Position numbers and translations under genes: made by a program. A stretch of 32,000 nt of DNA from Acidothermus cellulolyticus 11B (GTDB taxonomy: Bacteria; Actinomycetota; Actinomycetes; Acidothermales; Acidothermaceae), in NCBI RefSeq assembly GCF_000015025.1, contig NC_008578.1:2340001-2372000 (forward strand), in the 5' to 3' direction. This document shows positions 24,023 to 32,000 of this stretch, piece by piece. The notes under the pieces are model-generated. The model was given only the letters and a program-made list of their open reading frames with translations, was not told the origin of the DNA and searched no databases. The stretch's first letter is position 1. Each line of letters starts with the position of its first letter.

Positions 24023-24882
24023 ACATCGCCGCATTCGTCACAACCAGTTATCTGCAGCACGCGCTGATCGCCGGTAGCGCTGCGGCAATAACCGCGGGCG
24101 TCATCGGATATTTCCTGGTCCTGCGCGCTCAGGTTTTCACCGCCGATGCGTTCGGTCACATCACGTATGTCGGCGCGCTCGGCGCCCTCGTCGCGGGCGT
24201 GAATCCGTTGGCCGGGATTTTCCTTGCCGTGTCGATAACCGCGGGCCTCCTCGCCGTCGCGGGCGGACCGAGAGGCGGTGCGGACGACGTCACCATCGGC
24301 GCGACTTTCTCCTGGGCGCTCGGTCTCGGCGCCCTCTTCGCCGCGATATACACCACCCGGGTCACCGGCGCGCACGACGGCCGGGCAAGCATTTCGTACT
24401 TGTTCGGTACGGTCTTGAGCCTGACGACCACCCAGGTGGTCATCAGCGGTGTCGTGCTGGCGATCGTCGTGGGAACGCTCTGGGTCGTGGGTCGGCCGCT
24501 GCTGTTCGCGACGGTTGACCCCCGGCTCGCCGCCGGCCGCGGCGTACCCGTTCGGTGGCTCGACGCCGGATTCCTGCTCCTTGTCGGTCTCACCGTAGGC
24601 CAGGCCGCGCAGACGATGGGCGCCCTGCTCATTCTCGGCTTGCTCGCGGCTCCGGCGGGAGCAGCGCACCTCCTCACGCCTCGTCCGATCGCCGGCATGC
24701 TGCTGGCCGCGCTCCTTGCCCTGCTCGCCGTCTGGTCCGGGCTCTTCGTTGCGTACGCGCTGCCCGACGTCCCGCCAAGCTTCGCGATCCTCGCGACAGC
24801 GGCGTTCGAGTTCGCCTGCGCCGGCGCGCCGCGCGTGCGTCGGCTGATTTCCCGGCGGGCATTGGTCCACTCGGCTGGCTGA
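24019..24882 (+). CDS. Metal ABC transporter permease (ABC-3 family), copy 2
   Basis: 287 aa and polytopic, a paralogue of the preceding gene (YLQHALIAGSAAAITAGVIGYFLVLR). Its GTG start overlaps the upstream TGA. Confidence 0.85.
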   Translation: MNIAAFVTTSYLQHALIAGSAAAITAGVIGYFLVLRAQVFTADAFGHITYVGALGALVAGVNPLAGIFLAVSITAGLLAVAGGPRGGADDVTIGATFSWALGLGALFAAIYTTRVTGAHDGRASISYLFGTVLSLTTTQVVISGVVLAIVVGTLWVVGRPLLFATVDPRLAAGRGVPVRWLDAGFLLLVGLTVGQAAQTMGALLILGLLAAPAGAAHLLTPRPIAGMLLAALLALLAVWSGLFVAYALPDVPPSFAILATAAFEFACAGAPRVRRLISRRALVHSAG

Positions 24883-24889
24883 TCGATCG

Positions 24890-24949
24890 CGCTCAGCTGA
24901 GCGGCGTCCCTGCCGAAAGGCAGACGGGAGCCCGGATGAGGCCCGTCTG
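24890..24949 (+). terminator. Cluster of stem-loops after the znu operon; possible terminator or attenuator
   Basis: There is a 14-bp perfect palindrome CGCTCAGCTGAGCG (24890-24903). A CTGCC-GAAA-GGCAG hairpin lies at 24910-24923. An 8-bp stem pairs CAGACGGG (24921-24928) with CCCGTCTG (24942-24949), and it shares bases with the previous hairpin. There is no U-tract. Confidence 0.3.
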
Positions 24950-24973
24950 ACACCGCCACCAGTGAGGATCGCG

Positions 24974-26695
24974 ATGTCTGTCCAACCGACGGAAATCGAT
25001 CCGCCGCAGCTGCCGCAGCGGCGCCGGCTCGGTGACGTCCTCGTCGAGCGGGACCTGCTGACCCGCGAGCAGCTGGAGGAGGTTCTTGCGGCACAGCGAC
25101 GACTCACCGGCCGAGACCGCAAACGCCTCGGTCAACTGCTCGTCGAGATGGGCTACCTCACCGAGCGACAGGTCGCTCAGGCGTTGGCGGAGCTGCTCGC
25201 CCTCGAGCTCGTCGACGGGAACGATCTCGCGGTCCCGATGGAGGTCGCCCGGCTGCTCCCCCGGCAGGTCGCAGAACGAGCCCGGGTTCTTATACTGGGC
25301 CGCACGCCGGACGGTCTGAAGGTCGCAACCGCCGATCCGACAAATGTCGTCGCGTTGGACGACGTTCGCGCCTACACCGGCGCGCACTCGCTCTCCGTTG
25401 TCGTCGCTCCGGAATCCGTCATCAAAGAGCAAATTGCCCGCGTGTACTCCATGGCGGCGGAGGCTCAGCTTGACGCCAGCAAGGATGAGGACACCAAAGC
25501 GAATCTCCTCGAGGACGCAGAACTTGCCCGCGCTGCGGACCAGGCGCCCACCGTCCGGCTCGTCAACCAGATACTCACCGATGCGATTCGGATGGGCGCA
25601 AGTGACGTGCACATCGAGCAGCAGAGCGACGGCGTGTGGGTTCGCCATCGCATTGACGGCGTCTTGCGGGACATTACGCGGGTGCCGCGCGGAGCTGCAC
25701 CCGCGCTGATCAGCCGATTGAAAATCGTCTCCGGGATGGACATCGCCGAGCGGCGCCTTCCGCAGGACGGGCGGATGAAAATCGACACCGACGGTGTCAG
25801 CACGGAGGCGCGGGTGAGCAGTCTGCCCGCAGTACATGGGGAAAAAATTGTCATCCGCCTGCTCGCCAGCGCGGACCGCATCACACGGGTCGATGGATTG
25901 GGCATGGAACCCGCCCAGCGGGACATTCTCTTGGCGGCGGCCCGGGCGGCGCAGGGGCTCATTCTCATCACGGGACCAACCGGCTCCGGCAAGACGAATA
26001 CGTTGTATTCGGTTCTGGTGGACACCGCGACCCGGGAGAAGAACGTCGTTACACTCGAAGATCCGGTGGAAATCCGGCTTCCCGGCATTACCCAAGTGCA
26101 AATCGACCAACGCGCCGGTCTGACGTTCGCCCGCGGACTCCGTGCGGTCCTGCGTCAAGACCCGGACGTCATTCTCGTGGGTGAGGTACGCGACAGCGAA
26201 ACAGCGCACCTTGCCCTGGAAGCCGCCCTTACCGGGCATCTCGTCTTGACCACCCTGCACACGAACAGCGCCCCGGGAGCGGTGACCCGGCTCGTCGAAA
26301 TGGGTGTCGAGCCGTTCCTCGTTGCCTCCTCGCTCCGACTCGTCGTGGCTCAGCGACTTCTTCGCCGGCCTTGCCCCGGCTGCGCCAAGCCCTATCGCCC
26401 CGACGACGACGTGCTGCATCGCCTCGGCGTACGGACGGAATTGCCTTCGGACGCCGCGCCGGTGCGTGGCGTGGGCTGTGTGGAATGCAACGGTACCGGC
26501 TACCGTGGACGGACCGGAGTGTTCGAAGTACTTCCCATCAACGACGAAACCCATCGCATTGTCGTGCGGAATCCGACGGAAGCTGCCATCGCCGAAGCGG
26601 CGGCCCACGTCGGCATGCGCCCGCTCCGTCAAGCGGCCATTAGCAAGGCCTTCCGCGGCGAAACGACCTTTGAAGAGGTCCTCCGCGTCTGCTGA
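24974..26695 (+). CDS. PilB/GspE-family secretion ATPase with an N-terminal MshEN/T2SSE_N-like domain; orphan, with no partner genes nearby
   Basis: It has Walker A ITGPTGSGKT, Walker B/Asp box DPDVILVGEVRD, His box GHLVLTTLHTN and a tetracysteine cluster CPGC...CVEC followed by GTGYRGRTGVFE. The N-terminus carries RLGDVLVERDLLTREQLEEVLAAQ and RLGQLLVEMGYLTERQVAQALAEL. I chose the ATG at 24974, after TGAGGA, over the GTG at 24962. Confidence 0.88.
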   Translation: MSVQPTEIDPPQLPQRRRLGDVLVERDLLTREQLEEVLAAQRRLTGRDRKRLGQLLVEMGYLTERQVAQALAELLALELVDGNDLAVPMEVARLLPRQVAERARVLILGRTPDGLKVATADPTNVVALDDVRAYTGAHSLSVVVAPESVIKEQIARVYSMAAEAQLDASKDEDTKANLLEDAELARAADQAPTVRLVNQILTDAIRMGASDVHIEQQSDGVWVRHRIDGVLRDITRVPRGAAPALISRLKIVSGMDIAERRLPQDGRMKIDTDGVSTEARVSSLPAVHGEKIVIRLLASADRITRVDGLGMEPAQRDILLAAARAAQGLILITGPTGSGKTNTLYSVLVDTATREKNVVTLEDPVEIRLPGITQVQIDQRAGLTFARGLRAVLRQDPDVILVGEVRDSETAHLALEAALTGHLVLTTLHTNSAPGAVTRLVEMGVEPFLVASSLRLVVAQRLLRRPCPGCAKPYRPDDDVLHRLGVRTELPSDAAPVRGVGCVECNGTGYRGRTGVFEVLPINDETHRIVVRNPTEAAIAEAAAHVGMRPLRQAAISKAFRGETTFEEVLRVC

Positions 26696-26859
26696 TTCGC
26701 TGCTCCACGCCACCGCGCAGGCCGGCAACCGCGCAGGCAACAATCCCGGTCGGCTTGGGCGGAACACCGAGACACGGGCCGGTCGCTGCGCCTGCCGTCG
26801 ATACCCCAACCGCGGAATCGGAGGGTCCGTGACAGAGTTGGACTTGACGGAGGGTGCGA

Positions 26860-27765
26860 GTGTCCAGGCGTGGTTGGCTGCTGTTCGGCGCAATGGGATT
26901 GATCTGGGGCATCCCCTACCTGCTCATCCGGGTGGCCGTCCGCGATTTTCCACCGGGAACTCTCGTCTTCGCCAGGACTGCAGTTGGCGCCGCCCTGCTC
27001 ACCCCACTCGCCGTCCGCCGGCGCGCTCTCCCTCCTCTGCTGTCACGCTGGCGAATCGTTCTCGGCTATACAGCGGTCGAAATCGCGATCCCATGGTTGC
27101 TGCTCTCCGAAGCCGAAGTGCGGCTGTCCAGCTCACTCGCGGGGCTGCTCATTGCGTCCGTCCCGCTTATCGGCGCCATCATCCTGGCGTTTCTGCCGCA
27201 CGACCGCCACGATGAGCGGCTCACCACGACTCGGATCATCGGACTGGCCATCGGCATCAGCGGCGTTGGTCTCCTCATGGGGGTCGATCTTTCTTCCCGT
27301 GACGTCTGGTCTGTTGTGGAAATGTGCGTAACCGCGATCGGCTACGCGATCGGCCCGATCATCATTGCGCGGCGGTTATCGACCCTGCCAAGCCTGGGTG
27401 TCGTCACCGCTTCGTTGCTCATCACCGCTGTGGCTTATGCACCGTACGCCGTCACGCATTGGCCGGCCCATGTCAGCGCCGCTGCCGGCTGGTCGGTCGC
27501 CGGCCTCGGCGTCATCTGCACCGCGATAGCGTTTCTGCTCTTCTTCGCGCTCATCGACGAGGTCGGTCCTGGACGGGCGACCGTGATTACCTATGTCAAC
27601 CCAGCCGTGGCCGTGCTGCTCGGAGTCGGAGTGCTTGGTGAGCGGTTCACCCTTGGCATAGCGCTTGGCTTCCCATTGATCCTCCTCGGTTGCGTGCTCG
27701 CGACGCGGCGGGCCGGCCGGTCCGCCGGCGATGAGCTCGTCGTACCCGAAGTAGCCGAGCCATGA
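26860..27765 (+). CDS. EamA/DMT family transporter
   Basis: About 10 hydrophobic helices in two EamA repeats (LFGAMGLIWGIPYLLI; TVITYVNPAVAVLLGVGVLGERF). The GTG at 26860 lies 6 nt after GGAGGG, and the GTG at 26854 is an alternative. Confidence 0.8.
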   Translation: MSRRGWLLFGAMGLIWGIPYLLIRVAVRDFPPGTLVFARTAVGAALLTPLAVRRRALPPLLSRWRIVLGYTAVEIAIPWLLLSEAEVRLSSSLAGLLIASVPLIGAIILAFLPHDRHDERLTTTRIIGLAIGISGVGLLMGVDLSSRDVWSVVEMCVTAIGYAIGPIIIARRLSTLPSLGVVTASLLITAVAYAPYAVTHWPAHVSAAAGWSVAGLGVICTAIAFLLFFALIDEVGPGRATVITYVNPAVAVLLGVGVLGERFTLGIALGFPLILLGCVLATRRAGRSAGDELVVPEVAEP

Positions 27766-27885
27766 CGGCATTGCCGATTGCCGAGACGTCACCTGCCTGG
27801 CGGCTGTCCGGCGGCGCAGGTTCGGTATCGCCGTCATGCCGCGTGCGTGCTTCCGGAGACGGGTCCGCCGAGGCACGATAAGACA

Positions 27886-28773
27886 GTGTGGATAGCGAGA
27901 GCTGCCGCCATTCTCGCCGTCGCCGGACTCGTCTGCGGTTGCACGAACGAAGCTCGCCATGGGCCGCCCGCGCGCGCCGGCGTGTCGTCACCGCTGTCGC
28001 AACTGACGCCGGCGCCTAGCGCAACGCCCGCTGTCACACCGCCACCGTCACCTGAAGGGACAACGGCTCGCCCGCTCACCCCATCGCCCGCGGCCGGCGT
28101 CATCGCGAGCACGCACCCGGCGAAGCCACGTACGCAGCCGGCGCCGCGCGTGACGTCGCCCAGCCCCGGCCCACCACTCCTGGTCACCCAGCTGGACGTC
28201 GGCGATGCCCGCCAGGTCATCACCGTGACGTCCTCGAGTTGGACGTCCACCACCGCGGTTGTACAGACGTTCGAGAAGACAGCCGCCGGATGGCGAGCGG
28301 TTTTCCCCGCGATGCCTGCACATATCGGCTATAACGGCTTCGCGGTCGACAAGCGGGAAGGGGACGGGAAAACACCGGCCGGCATCTTCGGATTGACGAT
28401 GATGTTCGGGCAGCCGCCCAATCCGGGTGTGTCATTCCTCTATCGGGTACCGGACGCCGCCTCGGTCTGGGTGGACGATCCGAGTTCGCCGTACTACAAC
28501 ACGTGGCAGGAGAATGCCGCGCTCAAAGGCGAACATCTCGCCAGTCCGGGATATGCGACCGCGTATGCCTACGCCGCCGTCATTGCGTACAACACAGACC
28601 CCGTCGTGCCGGGGAAGGGAAGCGCGATATTCCTTCACGTCGACACCGGCGGGCCAACCGCGGGATGCGTGTCGGTTGGCAAGACAAACCTTATCCGGAT
28701 TCTCCGCTGGCTGTCGCCGTCCGCACATCCGGTCATCGTGATGGCCCCCGCCTTTGTCATCACCCGGTACTGA
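27886..28773 (+). CDS. L,D-transpeptidase (YkuD/ErfK fold) family protein, probable lipoprotein
   Basis: It has the catalytic motif FLHVDTGGPTAGCVSV, an upstream GDGKTPAGIF, and a Pro/Thr/Ser-rich linker. Signal peptide AAILAVAGLVCGC follows the GTG at 27886. The track's 27778 start is a likely over-extension. Confidence 0.75.
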   Translation: MWIARAAAILAVAGLVCGCTNEARHGPPARAGVSSPLSQLTPAPSATPAVTPPPSPEGTTARPLTPSPAAGVIASTHPAKPRTQPAPRVTSPSPGPPLLVTQLDVGDARQVITVTSSSWTSTTAVVQTFEKTAAGWRAVFPAMPAHIGYNGFAVDKREGDGKTPAGIFGLTMMFGQPPNPGVSFLYRVPDAASVWVDDPSSPYYNTWQENAALKGEHLASPGYATAYAYAAVIAYNTDPVVPGKGSAIFLHVDTGGPTAGCVSVGKTNLIRILRWLSPSAHPVIVMAPAFVITRY

Positions 28774-28876
28774 CGGCGCCGCGCACGGAGTCATCCCCAA
28801 GCCGCACACGAAAGCGCTCTTACCCGTGATGGGATGGTCCTGGTCATTGGCTATTCGTGGACAAGGACGACACACA

Positions 28877-29485
28877 ATGCCGAGGGACGTATACGTGTCA
28901 CTGGACGTCGAGACAGACGGTCCGATACCAGGGCCGACGGGTTGGGGTTTCTCGATGCTGAGCCTCGGGGCATGCATCGCGGGCGTCATGGACGACACGG
29001 GTTTCCAGCCGATTGCACCCGATCGGTCAACGTTTTACGTCGAACTCCAACCGATTTCCGACGATGTCAACGCCGAGGCTCTCGCGGCCTGCGAACGGGG
29101 ACTATCGATGCCGCGTTCCGCGTTGGTACACCACGGCACGCCGCCCACCGTGGCGATGCGGGACTTTGTCCGCTGGGTCGAGGCGGCAGAGCGTGACTAC
29201 CGCGGTAGTGCGGTCGCGGTCGGTTGGCCGTCCTCGTGGGATTTCGGCACCTGGGTTTTCTGGTATCTCACGCGCTTTGCCGGGCGATCGCCGTTCAGCC
29301 ACGGACAGCACCGCGACATCCGGGACCTCGCGGCGGACCGCCTGCAGGTGCCGATTCGCGGCTTGACGAAACACCGACTGCCCGCAGAGCTGCGAACGAA
29401 GCGGCGGCACACGCATAACGCACTGGCTGATGCACTGGAACAAGCGGAGCTGTTCACCCGCGTCATGACGAGACGCGACAGGTAG
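28877..29485 (+). CDS. DEDDh 3'-5' exonuclease (DnaQ/RNase T-like) domain protein
   Basis: 202 aa from the ATG at 28877, after AAGGACGA. It has the Exo I motif SLDVETDG and the Exo III motif HNALADALEQAELF. Confidence 0.65.
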   Translation: MPRDVYVSLDVETDGPIPGPTGWGFSMLSLGACIAGVMDDTGFQPIAPDRSTFYVELQPISDDVNAEALAACERGLSMPRSALVHHGTPPTVAMRDFVRWVEAAERDYRGSAVAVGWPSSWDFGTWVFWYLTRFAGRSPFSHGQHRDIRDLAADRLQVPIRGLTKHRLPAELRTKRRHTHNALADALEQAELFTRVMTRRDR

Positions 29486-29512
29486 GGCCGGCAGTCACTA
29501 CCGCCGGCCCTA
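29483..29512. terminator. Bidirectional stem-loop between the convergent exonuclease and catalase genes
   Basis: TAGGGCCGGC (29483-29492) pairs perfectly with GCCGGCCCTA (29503-29512), with a 10-nt loop. The left arm includes the exonuclease stop codon. Confidence 0.6.
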
Positions 29513-29540
29513 CCTGACTGACGCCGCACCCGCTGACGGT

Positions 29541-30989
29541 CTAGCGGCCGAAATTCTTGGCGACCCGGGCGCCGAGATCGGGATCGACGCTGCGCCAGTA
29601 CTCAAAGGCACGTTCCAGAACCGGTGTGCTGACCCCCTGCTTGAGGTGGCGGGTGATGTTGTCGACCAGCCGATCGCGGGCCGCGTCGTCCAGCACCTTG
29701 CGATACAACGTGCCGGCCTGCACGAAGTCGTCATCGTCCCGGTGCTTGACGTACGCCGTCCGGACAATTTCTCCGCCCTCGACGAACCAGGACGGGAGTT
29801 CGTAGCTCGGGTCGGCCTGCGGCCCGCCGTACGAGTTCGGTGCGTATACCGGGTCGCCCGGGTTTTCGTACCGCATCGCGCCGTCGCGGTTGTACGAGTG
29901 CACGGGAACCTTGGGCCGGTTGACCGGCAGCTGTAGGTAATTGGTGCCGATGCGGTACCGGTGCGTGTCGGGGTAGGAGAAGAGCCGGCCGAGGAGCATC
30001 CGATCCGGAGACGGACCGATGCCGGGAACCATGTTCGCCGGTTCGAAGGCCGCTTGCTCGATCTGGGCGAAGAAGTTGTCCGGATTGCGGTTCAGGACCA
30101 TCCGGCCGACCTTGATGAGCGGGTAATCGCCATGCGGCCAAACCTTCGTGAGGTCAAAGGGATTGAACCGGTAGTCGGCGGCTTCGTGGAAGGGCATCAC
30201 CTGGACGTAGAGCGTCCACGACGGGTGCTCGCCGCGCCGGATGGCCTCATAGAGGTCACGGCGGTGAAAATCGGCGTCTTCACCGGCGATCCGGTCGGCT
30301 TCGTCCTGGGTGAGAAAATCGATGCCCTGATCGGTTTTGAAGTGATACTTGATCCAAAAACGCTCCCCGCCGGCGTTCTGCCAGAGGAAGGTGTGCGACC
30401 CGTAACCATTCATGTGCCGCCAGGTCTTGGGAATTCCGCGGTCGCCCATCAGCCACGTGACCTGGTGTGCGGATTCCGGCGACAGCGTCCAAAAGTCCCA
30501 CTGCATGTTATGGTCGCGCAGACCGCTGTCCGCCCGCCGCTTCTGTGAGTGAATGAAATCCTGGAATTTCTGCGGATCGCGGATGAAGAAGATGGGCGTG
30601 TTGTTGCCCACCAGGTCATAGTTGCCCTGCTGGGTGTAGAACTTCACCGCAAAGCCGCGCGGGTCCCGCCAGGTGTCCGGCGAACCTTGCTCGCCCGCCA
30701 CGGTCGAGAAACGTACCAGAACCTCGCAGCGGCGTCCCGGCTGAAACAGATCCGCCTTCGTGAACTGCGAGACGTCTTCCGTCGTTTCGAAGAAGCCAAA
30801 AGCACCGCCGCCCTTGGCATGCACGACCCGTTCGGGAACTCGTTCCCGATTGAATTGGGCCATTTTCTGAATGAGGTAGTGGTCTTGCAGCAGGATCGGG
30901 CCGCCGGCGCCGACGGTGAGCGAATATTCGTCGCTCGCCGCGGGAATCCCGGCATCCGTCGTCGTCACCGGACGTGTCGTTTCCGTCAT
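29541..30989 (-). CDS. katA: Monofunctional heme catalase (small-subunit, clade 3 type)
   Basis: 482 aa with [46 protein letters not shown] and a distal/proximal residue context ([14 protein letters not shown]). A strong GAAGGAGGAG ribosome-binding site precedes it. The gene symbol is generic. Confidence 0.93.
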   Translation of the reverse strand: MTETTRPVTTTDAGIPAASDEYSLTVGAGGPILLQDHYLIQKMAQFNRERVPERVVHAKGGGAFGFFETTEDVSQFTKADLFQPGRRCEVLVRFSTVAGEQGSPDTWRDPRGFAVKFYTQQGNYDLVGNNTPIFFIRDPQKFQDFIHSQKRRADSGLRDHNMQWDFWTLSPESAHQVTWLMGDRGIPKTWRHMNGYGSHTFLWQNAGGERFWIKYHFKTDQGIDFLTQDEADRIAGEDADFHRRDLYEAIRRGEHPSWTLYVQVMPFHEAADYRFNPFDLTKVWPHGDYPLIKVGRMVLNRNPDNFFAQIEQAAFEPANMVPGIGPSPDRMLLGRLFSYPDTHRYRIGTNYLQLPVNRPKVPVHSYNRDGAMRYENPGDPVYAPNSYGGPQADPSYELPSWFVEGGEIVRTAYVKHRDDDDFVQAGTLYRKVLDDAARDRLVDNITRHLKQGVSTPVLERAFEYWRSVDPDLGARVAKNFGR

Positions 30990-31513
30990 CGGTCTCCTCC
31001 TTCACCTCGTGCCGGCACATGATGCTTCTCGGTGGGTCCGGCCGTTGTCCCGCCGTGGTCGGCGGACGGTCGGCGATGGTTCTGACATTGCGGGCAGAGT
31101 CCCCAATACGTGACTTCTGCTTCGTCGACGAGATAACCCGCTGCATCGGCGGGTGACAGACACGGCACGACGCCGACGGCGCAGTCGACATCCGCTATCG
31201 CACCGCAGACTCGGCAGACCAGGTGATGGTGGTTGTCGGAAACCCGCGATTCGTAACGGGCCGGATGTCCCAGCGGCTCGATCCGGCGAACGAGACCGGC
31301 GCCGGCAAGAGCATCCAGCACGTTGTACACCGCCTGGAGGGAAACCGCGCCAAGGGTCCGCCGCACCGCCGTCGCGATCTCGTCGACCGATCGGTGCACC
31401 CCGACCGGAAGTTCCTGCAGCACGGCAAGCCGCGCGGGCGTCACGCGCATTCCAGCCGCCCGCAACCGGTCGACAGGGGACCGCACCCCCGGAGACCCGG
31501 GAACCTCGCTCAC
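30986..31513 (-). CDS. furA: FurA/CatR-type Fur family peroxide-responsive regulator, co-transcribed with catalase
   Basis: [16 protein letters not shown]...[56 protein letters not shown]...[16 protein letters not shown] closely parallels M. tuberculosis FurA as I recall it. Its stop overlaps the catalase ATG (ATGA), and the GTG start is at 31513. Confidence 0.85.
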   Translation of the reverse strand: MSEVPGSPGVRSPVDRLRAAGMRVTPARLAVLQELPVGVHRSVDEIATAVRRTLGAVSLQAVYNVLDALAGAGLVRRIEPLGHPARYESRVSDNHHHLVCRVCGAIADVDCAVGVVPCLSPADAAGYLVDEAEVTYWGLCPQCQNHRRPSADHGGTTAGPTEKHHVPARGEGGDR

Positions 31514-31557
31514 GCGCCCACTCTTGCACTGTTTCTTGAACGACTCAAGAACTTGAG
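31514..31557 (-). promoter_or_regulatory. Candidate furA promoter (leaderless) with an overlapping FurA operator
   Basis: Two overlapping palindromes are TCTTGA-N5-TCAAGA (31534-31550) and CTCAAGAACTTGAG (31544-31557). On the gene strand the sequence reads TTGAGT-17 nt-(TGc)AAGAGT-6 nt-GTG. This would place the transcription start at or next to the start codon. Confidence 0.45.
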
Positions 31558-31727
31558 TGCATCAAATCTCTCCTGAGGTGGAAGGGTGCACGGAGTGAGA
31601 TCTGTCACAACGGTTGGGTCACCCGGACGCCGTCCACACCGAGGCGAGCCACTCACGGACGACGGAACGGTCGTGGCGGGACGGCGTTCGGCGTTACCCG
31701 CCGGCACTCACCGGCAATCAGGCGTCG

Positions 31728-32000
31728 CTACGGACGAACCGCGCCGCTTGGGGATCCCCAAATGCTTTGAATTTGTACAACCGTCCCGGTATGCGGCGCG
31801 GTGATGACGCGGCCGCCGCCGATGTAGATGGCAACGTGCCAGGCCGGAATCCCCCAGAAGATCAGGTCACCAGGCTGGACCGCGGAGAGCGGAATCGGCC
31901 GTCCTTCGTGCCGCTGGGCTTCCGCGGAGTGGCTGAGCTGCACCCCGGCGGCCTGCCAGGCCCGCATCGTCAATCCCGAGCAGTCGTACCCGTACGGTCC
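31728..32000 (-). CDS. NlpC/P60 (C40) cell-wall peptidase, C-terminal part; the N-terminus lies beyond the right window edge
   Basis: Minus-strand translation continued to the window edge gives GPYGYDCSGLTMRAWQAAGVQLSHSAEAQ...GDLIFW...HVAIYIGGGRVITAPHTG. This contains the catalytic Cys (DCSG) and His (HVAIY) motifs. Confidence 0.85.
   Translation of the reverse strand, partial: GPYGYDCSGLTMRAWQAAGVQLSHSAEAQRHEGRPIPLSAVQPGDLIFWGIPAWHVAIYIGGGRVITAPHTGTVVQIQSIWGSPSGAVRP

Noticed and set aside
26304-27215. 303-aa plus-strand ORF bridging the end of the PilB-like gene and the EamA gene.
   Set aside because: It is out of frame with both confident genes, is Arg/Pro/Ser-rich, and has no motifs.
31002-31529. 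Alternative 175-aa minus-strand frame overlapping furA.
   Set aside because: The neighbouring frame (30986-31513) carries the full FurA signature, whereas this frame is Arg-rich shadow sequence.

Overview
This is a high-GC (roughly 65-70% by eye) chromosomal segment with Actinomycetota-type gene content and synteny. I found no rRNA, tRNA, CRISPR array, transposase or integrase. Most of the window is housekeeping. It contains xylA-xylB, a VKOR/DUF929 disulfide-bond pair, bldC, a DUF3073 gene and the minus-strand purS-purQ-purL-(SCP-like)-purF-purM block. It also contains dnaB, zur divergent from a znuA-C-B-B metal ABC transporter, and a furA-catalase operon. Further genes are an EamA transporter, an L,D-transpeptidase, a DEDDh exonuclease and an edge-truncated NlpC/P60 peptidase. 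An MT-A70-type adenine methyltransferase runs off the left edge and is absent from the supplied ORF track. The most interesting region is about 13.1-18.6 kb, wedged between purS and dnaB, where third codon positions are visibly more A/T-rich. It holds a consensus-like promoter and three translationally coupled genes: an internally duplicated protein I tentatively recognise as AvrD-like, an orphan protein, and an AAA_28/NadR-like P-loop NTPase. These are followed by a DHA2 MFS exporter and a convergent MarR regulator. I read this as a candidate uncharacterised small-molecule (signal) synthesis and export locus. The second lead is an orphan PilB/GspE-type secretion ATPase with no pilus or secretion partner genes. 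Its N-terminus carries two copies of the MshEN-type c-di-GMP-binding motif. Several intergenic regions carry phased direct repeats with 30, 60 and 100 bp periodicities that no annotated feature explains. All functional calls rest on my reading of the translations and recalled family motifs. No searches or numerical computations were run.
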